From NCBI GenBank assembly GCA_017395555.1, contig JAFPUE010000074.1, forward strand, positions 10,005 through 74,004: 64,000 nt of DNA, given 5' to 3'. The translations under genes and the position numbers were made by a program. Positions 9,877 to 19,224 of the stretch are shown piece by piece (the stretch's first letter is position 1; every line of letters starts with the position of its first letter). Under the pieces are notes generated by a model that was not told the origin of the DNA, did no database searches, and was given only the letters and a program-made list of their open reading frames with translations. This DNA is from Ruminiclostridium sp. Lineage in GTDB: Bacteria; Bacillota; Clostridia; Oscillospirales; Ruminococcaceae.

Positions 9877-11880
9877 TTATCTGAACATACCGCCGCCCAT
9901 ATCACCGGGCTGACCTCCGGGCATTCCACCCTGCATTCCGCCGGGCTGACCCTGACCCATATCACCGGGCATTCCCCCCTGCATACCTCCGGGCATCATG
10001 TCGGGACCCGCAACTCCGCTGTTGTTGTTGAGTACGAAATTGTCGGAAATATAGAAGTCTCCGTCGTAGTCGATACCCGCTTCGCCGCCGTTGCTTGCGG
10101 AATTGATCGTCGCTCTGCCGGCGATCAGATTGATATTACCGTTGGAATCGAGACCGTCGCCGCCTGCTTTTACCGTGATGTTTCCGCCGGTCACATTAAT
10201 TGAGAACTCCAGCTCGTCCGCGTAGGTGCCGTCGGAGTTTGCGGCATTGACCGCGTCGTCCGAAGAAGTCACGTTGATATTTCCGCCCGCGATATTTACG
10301 ACTGTGCCTTCAAGACCTTCTTCGCAGCTCGTTATCGTTATATCGGGACCCTCGCCGTCGCTGCCGACAGTAAGGATATGATCCGCGTGTATAGCGTCAT
10401 CGCCTGCACTGATGTCGATATCTCCGGAAAGAATTGTGAAGTCGTAATTGCTGTTTATACCGTCATTTACCGCCGTGATATTTATATTGATATCGCCGCC
10501 GATGATAACGCTCGAATTATCACCCGCCTTGATCCCGTTCTTGGCATTTCCGTTTATGTTGAGCGTTCCGTCACCGGTAAAGAATGCAACGGAATCCGCC
10601 TTTATCTTTATCGCGGCACCGTCGTACGCGTCCGCAACAGCCTCGTCAGCCGAGTTTTCGTCGTCGGGATTTTCATTGTCGGTCAGAGTAACTGTCCCGC
10701 TGATTATCACCTGTACTTCCGCGTTCTTGTTGATCGAAAGTGCGGCACCCGATGTGCTTGTAAGGTCAAGATCGTCGAGAATGAGCACAACGCCGGTTGT
10801 TCCCTTCTTGACGGTAATGCTGCCGTCGGAGGACTCACCCGTAACGATGTACGTTCCGGACGAAGTGATCTTTACCTCGCTGTTTTCGGAAACGTCATAA
10901 GTGACTGCGTTTTCGGTATCGGCAGTAAGTGTCATCGCGCTGTTCTCCGTTATCCCCTCGGCAATTTCGGTGGGATTCTCAACGGTGGATTCCGCATTTG
11001 TCTGATTCTGCGGCATTCCCGGCATACCCTGTCCGTCCGCGATATTGCCATTCTGCGGCAGCTCGGGCGGCTGCTGTCCGTCCGCGATATTGCCATTCTG
11101 CGGCAGCTCGGGTGGCTGCTGTCCGTCTGCGATATTGCCGTTCTGCGGCAGCTCGGGCGGCTGCTGTCCGTCCGCGATACTGCCATTCTGCGGTATCGCG
11201 GGAAGCTCCTGCACATCAATTACATTAACATTTCCGTCCTGCTGCACTGCGGGCTGCTTCTGCACACTCGCGGCTGCGCTGTTATCCGTGCTGCCGGAAT
11301 AAGCCGCGCCTGTGTCGGAAGCCGTCGCTGCCGCATCTGATGCCAATTCATTGAATACAAGATTGCCGTCCTTGTCGGTCACCTTAGTTTTTACGGTTGC
11401 AAGCTGCTTTGCGGTAACGGAAACCGATGCCGCACCGATAACGAGCTCCTTCGCGTCAAACGCGCTGCCGTTCGACATTACGGAAACTCTGCCGCCGCTG
11501 AACTTCACGGTTCCGCCGCTCTTTACCGCGGTGCCGCTGCTCTTTATCACGTTCTTTGTGCCGGACTTTCCGGATATTTCAAGATCGCCGCCGAGCTGCA
11601 CTATCGCGGGCTCTTCGCCGCCGTCGATCTCTGCGTTATTGAGTATCAGATTTACATCGCCCTTTTTCACGTTGATGTAAAGCGTGCCTTTCAGCTTGCC
11701 CTTGATGATATACGTTCCCGCTTCCCTGATCTCAAGTCTGCCGGAGCGGTCATTGATATTCTGCGCTGTTATCGCCTTTGCGGAGCCTGCCGATTCTGCG
11801 GATACCACCGGTGTGAGAGCCGCCGTGCTTCCGATTATCGAAAGTGCCGCGATCGCTGCGAGAGTCTTTTTGATTTTCAT
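9877..11880 (-). CDS. Secreted carbohydrate-binding beta-helix protein (Cthe_2159/DUF4353-like)
   Basis: Signal peptide (MKIKKTLAAIAAL...VSA); ITSSGTYIVTG..GSITV...VVLILDDLDL; repeated coil motifs NDGINS, DDAIHA, EEGLEG, DDAVNA, GDGLDSNG; Gly/Met/Pro-rich tail. Confidence 0.8.
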   Translation of the reverse strand: MKIKKTLAAIAALSIIGSTAALTPVVSAESAGSAKAITAQNINDRSGRLEIREAGTYIIKGKLKGTLYINVKKGDVNLILNNAEIDGGEEPAIVQLGGDLEISGKSGTKNVIKSSGTAVKSGGTVKFSGGRVSVMSNGSAFDAKELVIGAASVSVTAKQLATVKTKVTDKDGNLVFNELASDAAATASDTGAAYSGSTDNSAAASVQKQPAVQQDGNVNVIDVQELPAIPQNGSIADGQQPPELPQNGNIADGQQPPELPQNGNIADGQQPPELPQNGNIADGQGMPGMPQNQTNAESTVENPTEIAEGITENSAMTLTADTENAVTYDVSENSEVKITSSGTYIVTGESSDGSITVKKGTTGVVLILDDLDLTSTSGAALSINKNAEVQVIISGTVTLTDNENPDDENSADEAVADAYDGAAIKIKADSVAFFTGDGTLNINGNAKNGIKAGDNSSVIIGGDININITAVNDGINSNYDFTILSGDIDISAGDDAIHADHILTVGSDGEGPDITITSCEEGLEGTVVNIAGGNINVTSSDDAVNAANSDGTYADELEFSINVTGGNITVKAGGDGLDSNGNINLIAGRATINSASNGGEAGIDYDGDFYISDNFVLNNNSGVAGPDMMPGGMQGGMPGDMGQGQPGGMQGGMPGGQPGDMGGGMFR
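11029..11193. repeat. 45-bp in-frame tandem repeat (about 3.7 copies) encoding QNG[SN]IADGQQPPELP
   Basis: The unit ctgtccgtccgcgatattgccattctgcggcagctcgggcggctg recurs at 11029, 11074, 11119 and partially at 11164. Confidence 0.95.
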
Positions 11881-11914
11881 TGCTGTTTCCTCCTGTTTGT
11901 TATTTCTGTTTTAT

Positions 11915-12565
11915 TCAGGCGTTTTCGGTCTGTTCTGTCCCGGTTTTATTCGTTTTGCGTGTACTCTTTTCTTTTGTTCCGGTCTTTGTCTTTTCTGTGC
12001 CGGATTTTGCCTTGCCGGTATGCGCCTTTGCAGTCTTTATTCCGACAAGCTCGCCGCTCTCGTCATATTCGAGTGTGATGATATCGCCAACCTTGATATC
12101 CGCTGCGGAAACGGTCTTGCCATTTTTGCCGAGAGTGTTGTTTTCGGCAAGTGTTACGGTGAGTGTGCTGCCGTTTTCGGTAAATTCACCGCTGCGGGAG
12201 CCCTTGTTCTTCTGCTTACCGCCGCGTTTTCCGGCAGCTTTTTTTCCGGTGCTTCCGGAATTGCTTTCCGTGCTGTCGGCGGTCTTCTTCTCCGGCTTTA
12301 CCGCGGCTTTCTCCTTTGCCGTGTCGGTATCATCGGTTTTCTGCTTTTTCGCGTACTCTCCGAGTGCCAGTGTGATCTCGCTGCCGTTCACAGCGGTCAC
12401 TTTTCCGAGCTTGACATTCTTCGCTTTTGGCGCTTTGGTTTCCGCCTGTGCCGTCACAGCAGCGGTCCCGGTGGGGGTGTTATCCGCGGAAGCTGCAACG
12501 GAAATTGCGGAGAGGGACATGATGCCCGCGCAGATGCAGGCGGTTGCTTTTAAAGACTTTTTCAT
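11915..12565 (-). CDS. Secreted Lys/Thr-rich hypothetical protein (possible DUF5666/OB-fold-like segments)
   Basis: MKKSLK start after GAAAGG RBS; signal peptide; LGKVTAVNGSEITL and ADIKVGDIITLEY segments separated by a basic low-complexity linker. Confidence 0.65.
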   Translation of the reverse strand: MKKSLKATACICAGIMSLSAISVAASADNTPTGTAAVTAQAETKAPKAKNVKLGKVTAVNGSEITLALGEYAKKQKTDDTDTAKEKAAVKPEKKTADSTESNSGSTGKKAAGKRGGKQKNKGSRSGEFTENGSTLTVTLAENNTLGKNGKTVSAADIKVGDIITLEYDESGELVGIKTAKAHTGKAKSGTEKTKTGTKEKSTRKTNKTGTEQTENA

Positions 12566-12614
12566 AATTAACACGATCCTTTCGTTTGGGTGTTTGGTTT
12601 TCTTTTGTGAGTAC

Positions 12615-12647
12615 ATAATAACACACTTTTCTTAAAATAATCTTTAA
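12615..12647 (-). promoter_or_regulatory. CiaR-type box plus -10 element for the 12565/11880 operon
   Basis: Minus strand TTAAAG-ATTAT-TTTAAG, 10 nt, then TATTAT. Confidence 0.7.
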
Positions 12648-12683
12648 GAAACAAAAAAATCAAAATTTTTTTAAAAAACTCAA

Positions 12684-12730
12684 ACAGAAAACCGCACCTC
12701 TCACGCGGCAGCGGAAAGATGCGGTTCTGT
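12684..12730 (-). terminator. Putative terminator hairpin after the sensor kinase
   Basis: Imperfect stem ACAGAAAACCGCA...TGCGGTTCTGT followed by a T-rich tract on the minus strand. Confidence 0.5.
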
Positions 12731-12734
12731 ATTA

Positions 12735-14039
12735 TCATATATTGTGCCATGAGAAAGTGAACGTCGTCGTTCCGTCCGGTGACGATTCCGCAGTCAGAGA
12801 CCCCTTGTGCTTGTCCGCGATCGCTTTTGCTATCGAAAGCCCGAGCCCGAAGCCGCCCGTTGACGCTGTGCGGGATTTGTCGGTGCGGTAGAAGCGGTCA
12901 AAGAGCCGTGAAAGCTCCTCGGGCGGGATATATTCGCCCTTGTTCGTTACCGTGAGGGTGTGCCTGCCGCGCTTGCTGCGGAAATTCACCGTCACATCAC
13001 CGCCGGCTGCGGAGTGCGAAATGGCATTGTCGATGAGGATATTCGCGAGCCTCACTATCATCTCCTTGTCGCCCTTTACACCGATACCCGGCTCGATATC
13101 CGTCACCAGCGCGTGACCCTTCTCGAACGCCAGTGCTTCGATAGAAAGGCACACGCCCTCGATCGCGCCGGAAGCGTCAAACTCCGTCACGAGCATTTCC
13201 GTTTCCTCTCTGTCGTCCTTTGAGAGGTAGAGCATCTGGTTTATCAGCTTTGACATTTTGACAGTCTCGGACTGTATGTACTCAAACCATTTACTCTGTT
13301 CCGCCACTGTCCTGTCCGGCTCGGACGTTATAACGTCGATATTCGCGGAGATGACGGTGAGCGGCGTTTTCAGCTCATGCGAGGCGTTCGCGAAAAACTC
13401 CTTCTGATCGCTCCACGCCTTTGAGATAGGACGCGCTATCCAGCCCGAGATTATCACGCTTATCGGGAACAGCACGATCAGCGCTCCGAGACCCACCGCG
13501 ATAAGTATCATCAGCAGGCGCTGCAATGTCTCGATCTGGTTTGTGCGGTCTATGAAGATCACTCTTGTCCGCCCGCCGCTCTTTTTTACAAAGTACCTGT
13601 ACGATACGTCCGACAGCCGGATATATCCGTCGGAGCTGTTCTGCGCGAAAATGCTCTCTGCGGCGGCGCTTATCTCGTCATCGCTGTCCGGCTTGCTGTA
13701 CGGGCTGCTGTATGTGACCTCCTTCGCCGTGCCGTCGGAGGACATCAGCACGGATATCCAGCTTCGTGAGGACTGGCTTTTCCTGTTGTCACGCTTTGCG
13801 CCCGGATCGCTTTTCTTTGACGGCTCTGACGCTGCGGGAGGCTGCGGTTTGGTATCCTTCTCCTGCTTTGCGGGCTCCTCGGGCGAAACGGCGCTGAGTG
13901 CGGAATTTACCGCCTTGTCGGTCTCCTCCGCCTCGGAGTTCTGCATAAATATATAGATACCCGAAACGATAGTCGTTATCAGTATCGTAAGTCCTATCAT
14001 AATGACAGCCGTAATTCTTATGCGAAGTTTTTTTATCAT
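12735..14039 (-). CDS. Sensor histidine kinase (HisKA + HATPase_c, two TM helices)
   Basis: H-box FFANASHELKTPL, N-box ILIDNAI, LFDRFYRTDKSR, GFGLGLSIA; MIKKLR start after GAGGTG. Confidence 0.93.
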   Translation of the reverse strand: MIKKLRIRITAVIMIGLTILITTIVSGIYIFMQNSEAEETDKAVNSALSAVSPEEPAKQEKDTKPQPPAASEPSKKSDPGAKRDNRKSQSSRSWISVLMSSDGTAKEVTYSSPYSKPDSDDEISAAAESIFAQNSSDGYIRLSDVSYRYFVKKSGGRTRVIFIDRTNQIETLQRLLMILIAVGLGALIVLFPISVIISGWIARPISKAWSDQKEFFANASHELKTPLTVISANIDVITSEPDRTVAEQSKWFEYIQSETVKMSKLINQMLYLSKDDREETEMLVTEFDASGAIEGVCLSIEALAFEKGHALVTDIEPGIGVKGDKEMIVRLANILIDNAISHSAAGGDVTVNFRSKRGRHTLTVTNKGEYIPPEELSRLFDRFYRTDKSRTASTGGFGLGLSIAKAIADKHKGSLTAESSPDGTTTFTFSWHNI

Positions 14040-14049
14040 ACACGGCACC

Positions 14050-14727
14050 TCACTTTGTTTCAAGACTGTAACCGACACCGCGCAGGGTCTTTATCTGCAC
14101 GCCGGACTTTATATACCCGAGCTTCTTGCGCAGGAAGGAAATGTACACCTCGACGTTGTTGTACTCCGCGTCGGATTCATAGCCCCATATCTTCACGAGC
14201 AGGTTTTCCTTTGTCAGCACCCTGCTGCCGCCGCGAAGAAGTATCTCCATTATCGAAAACTCCTTCAGTCCGAGCTTGACGGAATTGCTGCCGCATGAGA
14301 GGGTATATGTCGAAAGATCGAGTGACAGATCGCTGAACGAAAGCGTGTCGTCGCAGATCAGCTCCGATGCGCTGCGTCTGCCGAGAGCGCGTACTCTCGC
14401 AAGCAGCTCCTCCGTGGCGAACGGCTTTGTGAGGTAGTCGTCCGCGCCGCTGTCGAGCCCCTTTACCTTGTCGGCGATCTCGTCCTTTGCGGTTAGCAGT
14501 ATTACCGGGGTCTTTATGCCTTCCTTCCGCAGTTCCCCGAGCACCTCGATACCGTTCATTCCCGGGAGCATTATATCCAGCACGATAACGTCGTAGATAC
14601 CGGAAAGCGCGTTGTCAAGACCGTCGCTGCCGTTATATGATGCCTCTGCTATCATTCTGTTCTTGGTGAAGATCTGGACGAGCGCGTCTGCAAGCCGTTT
14701 CTCGTCCTCGACAATAAGTATTTTCAT
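14050..14727 (-). CDS. OmpR/PhoB-family response regulator (CiaR/ArlR-like)
   Basis: MKILIVEDE, LDIMLP, LLTAK, GADDYLTKPF, NNVEVYISFLRKKL, TLRGVGY. Confidence 0.94.
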   Translation of the reverse strand: MKILIVEDEKRLADALVQIFTKNRMIAEASYNGSDGLDNALSGIYDVIVLDIMLPGMNGIEVLGELRKEGIKTPVILLTAKDEIADKVKGLDSGADDYLTKPFATEELLARVRALGRRSASELICDDTLSFSDLSLDLSTYTLSCGSNSVKLGLKEFSIMEILLRGGSRVLTKENLLVKIWGYESDAEYNNVEVYISFLRKKLGYIKSGVQIKTLRGVGYSLETK

Positions 14728-14763
14728 CTGTTCTCCGCCTCCCGCATTTTTATCCTGACTATT

Positions 14764-14796
14764 ATAATAATACATCTACCTTAAATTTACCTTAAA
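14764..14796 (-). promoter_or_regulatory. CiaR-type box plus -10 element upstream of the response regulator
   Basis: Minus strand TTTAAG-GTAAA-TTTAAG, 10 nt, then TATTAT. Confidence 0.75.
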
Positions 14797-14815
14797 TAAT
14801 ACGAGACGGAATTAT

Positions 14816-15017
14816 TTCAATTCACAATTCACTATTGTGAAGTCTGCCTGCGGCAGACGTATCTGAATCGTGACGAAGTACGAAAGTATTACCGTAAAAA
14901 GATGTATTTGTAGCACGAACAAGTCTTTTAGCTTTGTCAATTTTTAAATCCGTCCCAATACGCCGCATGGAATCGGCGATAAAAATGGCGGACGAGACTT
15001 CTTAATTGTGAATTGAA
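14816..15017. mobile_element. MITE/REP-like non-coding element with 14-bp terminal inverted repeats
   Basis: TTCAATTCACAATT (14816-14829) and AATTGTGAATTGAA (15004-15017) are exact reverse complements; internal GAAGTCT/AGACTTC pair and GTCTGCC-TGC-GGCAGAC hairpin; no ORF. Confidence 0.5.
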
Positions 15018-15211
15018 TTGTTGTTGCAGAGAATATTGTTTTTAAATGGATACAACAGACACATAATAAAGAGGGATTTCGGATAATGTCACTGCCGGGA
15101 CTGAAAGCTATATTCACAAATCGGATATTCTTCCTGCTTAATATTGTTTTTTATGCGATAGTGTGTTAAAATAAAATGGGTTATAAGACTAATCAACAGG
15201 GAGGTCTGAAT

Positions 15212-17152
15212 ATGTTTAAAAAATTAGGCTCGCAGATAGTTTTTATCACAAGCGCTTGTATAATCCTTGTGGTTGCGGTGATGCTTACTGTCTCTATCAT
15301 TCAGTTCAGGAACTACAACGACAGCATAATGCTCGAACGCGCGGTTGTCGGTATGCAGGTGCTTGAAAATACCGTTGATAACGAGATAAACAACCTTGCC
15401 GAGCTTCACAGCAGCTTCTCGAAGGATATCAGGTTTACGGCTGCCTTACCGTCTGTCAACACGGAGGCTTTCGAGACCTTCAAAAGTGAGGAGCTTACGG
15501 GCAAGAACGACGTTTATCTTGTCATAACGGACACAAAAGGCTCGATAGTTTACAATACGCCCAACTACCCGCTGAAATCGTTCGATTACAGTCAGGTTGT
15601 AGGCGGCAAAACGATACACGGAATAGCGAGATGCGACGGAGAGCTTGTTGCCATGCACGCCGGGCCGATCTCGGTTTACGGTGACAGCTACGCGGTCTGC
15701 CTCGGATTTACAATGGAGGCTACCGACTGGCTCGACGAGGTAATGAAGATATCCAACTGCGACGCTACGGTGTGGAACCGGAACATAAGATATGCCACAA
15801 CTCTGAAAAGGGATAACGGCGAGCGCGCGGTAGGCACTGATCTTAATGAGGACGTTGCCGAGGCTGTGCTTGACAAGGACGGAAAATACGAAGGTCAGCA
15901 CGATGTTGTTGAGCGGCACTATTACGTTTCCTACCAGACCATGAAGGACTACGAGGGTAATATAGTCGGTGCGTACTGGGCGGGTGCCGACGCGAGAGAC
16001 GCGGACGGCAAGTTCGGTGCGGTCACGGCGGCAGCGATCATTATCGGAGTTATCGGCGCTCTCGGAATTGCAGTGGTAATATTTATTTTCTGTATGAAAC
16101 GAGTTACCGCGCCGCTTGAGCAGGCGGAGAATTACGCGGGCGAGATGCTTGTCGGCAAGCTCGACTCCACGAGCGTGAATTACAAGTTCGCCGACGACGA
16201 GATAGGCAAGTTCGTGGAAGTCCTCCGCAGCGCGAAGCACGGAATGAACGATGTTGTCGGGGACTCGTCGAGGATATTGCAGGCTATGGCGGAAGGCGAC
16301 TTCACCGAGACACCGAAAGTCGATTATCCCGGTGTATTTGAGGATATCGAGAGGAGCATTCTTAAAATAGAGAACGATCTCGGCGCGGCGCTCGGCAATA
16401 TGAACACATCCTCGGACGAGGTGCTTTCCAGCTCGAACCAGATGGCGGAGGGCTCTCAGTCACTTGCCGACGGAACGACGCGGCAGGCTTCGGCGATACA
16501 GGAGATATCCGCGACTATCGCGGAGGTCTCGGCGCAGATCTCCAATACGGCGCAGAACGCGGCGCAGGCAGGCGAGCTGTCGAGGCAGACACAGGACAAG
16601 GTGAACCGTCAGGATGCCGAGATACAGAGCATGGTAAGCGCGATGAACGAGATCAGCGATACGTCGAAGGAGATCGGAAAGATCATCAAGACTATCGACG
16701 ATATCGCGTTCCAGACGAACATACTCGCGCTGAACGCGGCTGTTGAGGCGGCGCGTGCGGGAGACGCGGGCAAGGGCTTCGCTGTCGTGGCGGACGAGGT
16801 GCGCAACCTCGCGAGCAAGTCCGCGGAAGCCGCGCAGAGCACGTCGTCTCTCATAACGGCTTCAATCGACGCGGTGGACAAGGGTTCAAAGATCGCGCTC
16901 GCCACGGCGGAGTCGATGAAGGAAGTCAAGGATATGTCCTCGCAGACGACATCGCTTATCACCGAGATCGCGACGGCAAGTGCGGAGGAGACCCACTCTA
17001 TCCGTCAGATAACGACCGGTATCGAGCAGATATCGCAGGTAATACAGACCAACTCGGCGACTGCCGAGGAGACCGCCGCTTCCTGCGAGGAGCTTTCCGG
17101 ACAGTCCAGACTGCTCAAGGATCAGGTATCCCGGTTCAGAATAAATCAATGA
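15212..17152 (+). CDS. Methyl-accepting chemotaxis protein with extracellular Cache-type sensor
   Basis: Two TM helices flanking an extracellular domain, then HAMP and the signalling hairpin [37 protein letters not shown]; ATG after GGAGG. Confidence 0.94.
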   Translation: MFKKLGSQIVFITSACIILVVAVMLTVSIIQFRNYNDSIMLERAVVGMQVLENTVDNEINNLAELHSSFSKDIRFTAALPSVNTEAFETFKSEELTGKNDVYLVITDTKGSIVYNTPNYPLKSFDYSQVVGGKTIHGIARCDGELVAMHAGPISVYGDSYAVCLGFTMEATDWLDEVMKISNCDATVWNRNIRYATTLKRDNGERAVGTDLNEDVAEAVLDKDGKYEGQHDVVERHYYVSYQTMKDYEGNIVGAYWAGADARDADGKFGAVTAAAIIIGVIGALGIAVVIFIFCMKRVTAPLEQAENYAGEMLVGKLDSTSVNYKFADDEIGKFVEVLRSAKHGMNDVVGDSSRILQAMAEGDFTETPKVDYPGVFEDIERSILKIENDLGAALGNMNTSSDEVLSSSNQMAEGSQSLADGTTRQASAIQEISATIAEVSAQISNTAQNAAQAGELSRQTQDKVNRQDAEIQSMVSAMNEISDTSKEIGKIIKTIDDIAFQTNILALNAAVEAARAGDAGKGFAVVADEVRNLASKSAEAAQSTSSLITASIDAVDKGSKIALATAESMKEVKDMSSQTTSLITEIATASAEETHSIRQITTGIEQISQVIQTNSATAEETAASCEELSGQSRLLKDQVSRFRINQ

Positions 17153-17168
17153 TAATATCGGCATCATG

Positions 17169-17205
17169 TCCGTGCTTCCTTTTGACGGGAAGCACGGATT
17201 TTTTG
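17169..17205 (+). terminator. Intrinsic terminator after the MCP
   Basis: TCCGTGCTTCC/GGAAGCACGGA stem followed by TTTTTT. Confidence 0.85.
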
Positions 17206-17252
17206 TTGTTAAAATGACTAATTCGGATATCCCGGTTTTGTGTGCATGAAAC

Positions 17253-17321
17253 AAAATATCCGAAAAATCCATAAAAAGTATGGATTTTGTATTGCAAAAG
17301 CGTGTGTAGATGAGTTAAAAT
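17253..17321 (+). promoter_or_regulatory. Promoter of the CE8-araC-oxidoreductase unit with shared 21-bp motif
   Basis: AAAATATCCGAAAAATCCATA (17253-17273), 42 nt, then TAAAAT (17316-17321); TTGCAA at -35. Confidence 0.65.
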
Positions 17322-17488
17322 GAATAAAAGAAACCGCAAATACGCAAAAGTTATTGTGTAATATTTGACATTTTTTTATCAATCCCGGCTTCGGAATTGA
17401 GTGAACAAGGCGAAGCCGCGGTTCGCGGATAATCGTTTACAGAACCGCAAACCCGCATTGCTGCGTCGTTCGTGCCGGGAAGGAGCAC

Positions 17489-18397
17489 ATGATGGATACT
17501 ATATATATTACTCCCTCGGACAGCCTTTCCGGGGCTCTCGGCTCCGCAAAGCCCGGTACCCGGATTGTCCTTGCTCCGGGAACGTACAACGAAAAAACGG
17601 AGATACACATTCCGGACATAGAGCTCGTCGGCGAGGACGCGGAAAACACCGTGATAATATGGGACGATTACGCGCAGAAGCTCGACGAAAAGGGCGTAGA
17701 GTACAACACGTTCCGCACTTACACCGTTGCCGTGCTCGCACCGGGCGTTACGTTCAGAGATCTGACCGTTGTAAACGGCGCACGCTTCCCGGAGGTAAAA
17801 GGGCAGGAGGTAGCGCTTACCGTCTGCGCCGACGGTTTTCTCGCGGAGAACTGCCGCTTTGTTTCCACGCAGGACACGGTGTTCTGCGGACCGCTCCCGC
17901 CCGATCTCATAGAAAGGTACGACGGGTTCCTGAAGGACGAGCTGCGCAGGGGCGGCGCAATGAAGCAGATATTCAGGAACTGCCTCATCGCCGGGAACGT
18001 GGACTTCATTTTCGGCTGCGCGGACGCTCTGTTTGAGGGCTGCGAGATACGCTCGGTATATGATGTCCGCGGTCACGGCTACGTCGCGGCACCCGCGCAC
18101 GAGCTCTCACAGAACATCGGCTTTGTGTTCTCCGACTGCACGCTCACCTGCGAGGACGCTGTCGCGGACGGCTCGATATATCTCGCAAGACCGTGGCGCG
18201 ATTACGGGAAATGCTCGTTTATAAACTGCCGCTGCGGCAGGCATATAGCCCGCGAGGGCTTTGACAAATGGAACGATACCGGGCGGGACAAGACCGCGCG
18301 GTTTGCCGAATACGGCGACATACCCGACGGAAGGGTCCCGTGGAGCCGCGTCCTCACCGTAGCGGAGAAGGACGAACTGCTGAAATACTTCGGCTGA
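17489..18397 (+). CDS. Pectin methylesterase (CE8), no signal peptide
   Basis: All five PME motifs present: GTYNE, QEVAL, QDTVF, DFIFG, LARPW. Confidence 0.92.
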   Translation: MMDTIYITPSDSLSGALGSAKPGTRIVLAPGTYNEKTEIHIPDIELVGEDAENTVIIWDDYAQKLDEKGVEYNTFRTYTVAVLAPGVTFRDLTVVNGARFPEVKGQEVALTVCADGFLAENCRFVSTQDTVFCGPLPPDLIERYDGFLKDELRRGGAMKQIFRNCLIAGNVDFIFGCADALFEGCEIRSVYDVRGHGYVAAPAHELSQNIGFVFSDCTLTCEDAVADGSIYLARPWRDYGKCSFINCRCGRHIAREGFDKWNDTGRDKTARFAEYGDIPDGRVPWSRVLTVAEKDELLKYFG

Positions 18398-18438
18398 GCG
18401 CCTGTCCGGACCGCTCTGCACTTATGAAGGGAGACATT

Positions 18439-19188
18439 ATGAACAGCATCGTATATGTAGGCAGACACCTTATCACTTTTGCCACCAAACAGCATTTCCA
18501 CGACGAATGGGAGCTGATATACTGCACCGGCGGTCAGGGACAGTTTGAATTCCGGGATATGGCGCTGACCTACGGCTCGGGCGACATAGTGATAATACCG
18601 CCGAAGACCCCTCATACCAACAACAGCGAGGAGGGCTTCACGAATATCCACATCAATATCGCCGACGCGACATTCCCGTTCCGCGAGCCCATGCTTATTG
18701 CAGACGATACCGACTGCCACATACTGAGCGCTTTCAGGGACGCGTTTTACTTCTTCAACAGTGATATCGAGAGCAAGCAGCTCGTCTCCGACGCTCTCGG
18801 CAACCTGATCGTCAACTATGTGACGGCGTTCCGTGAAGCGAAGCCTATCCGCGGCATCGTCGATGAGATCAAGAGCAACATCACCCAGAACTTCACCGAC
18901 TGCGACTATGAGCTCGACAAGTATCTGCGCACCATACCGTTCAGCTACGATTACCTGCGCAAGCTGTTCAAGAGCGAAATGGGCATGACCCCGCACAGCT
19001 ACCTGACCACGCTTCGCGTACAGATGGCGGAAAAGCTGCTGTGCTCGTACAAGACGGGCGAGCTGAACATATCCGAGATAGCCTACGTCTGCGGGTATTC
19101 CGATTCGCTGTACTTTTCGAGGGTGTTCAAGAAAAGCTACGGCTGTTCCCCGAAAAAATACGCCGAGATACACAGCCGGGAGCAGTGA
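18439..19188 (+). CDS. AraC-family transcriptional regulator (cupin + HTH)
   Basis: HFHDEWELIY cupin; C-terminal YLRKLFK..GMTP, ISEIAYVCGYSDSLYFSRVFKKSYGCSP; ATG after AAGGGAG. Confidence 0.92.
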   Translation: MNSIVYVGRHLITFATKQHFHDEWELIYCTGGQGQFEFRDMALTYGSGDIVIIPPKTPHTNNSEEGFTNIHINIADATFPFREPMLIADDTDCHILSAFRDAFYFFNSDIESKQLVSDALGNLIVNYVTAFREAKPIRGIVDEIKSNITQNFTDCDYELDKYLRTIPFSYDYLRKLFKSEMGMTPHSYLTTLRVQMAEKLLCSYKTGELNISEIAYVCGYSDSLYFSRVFKKSYGCSPKKYAEIHSREQ

Positions 19189-19224
19189 GATTGGCAGACA
19201 ATAAGTTCGTAAGGAGTACATAAA

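Noticed and set aside
11029-11193. Possible CRISPR array
   Set aside because: The 45-bp units are contiguous with no unique spacers, lie in frame within a CDS, and there are no cas genes.
17380-17488. Structured 5' leader of the CE8 gene as a c-di-GMP or other known riboswitch
   Set aside because: Pairing is possible (CCCGGC/GCCGGG, GCGGTT/AACCGC), but I could not match the conserved core of any riboswitch class I know. An Rfam scan would be needed.
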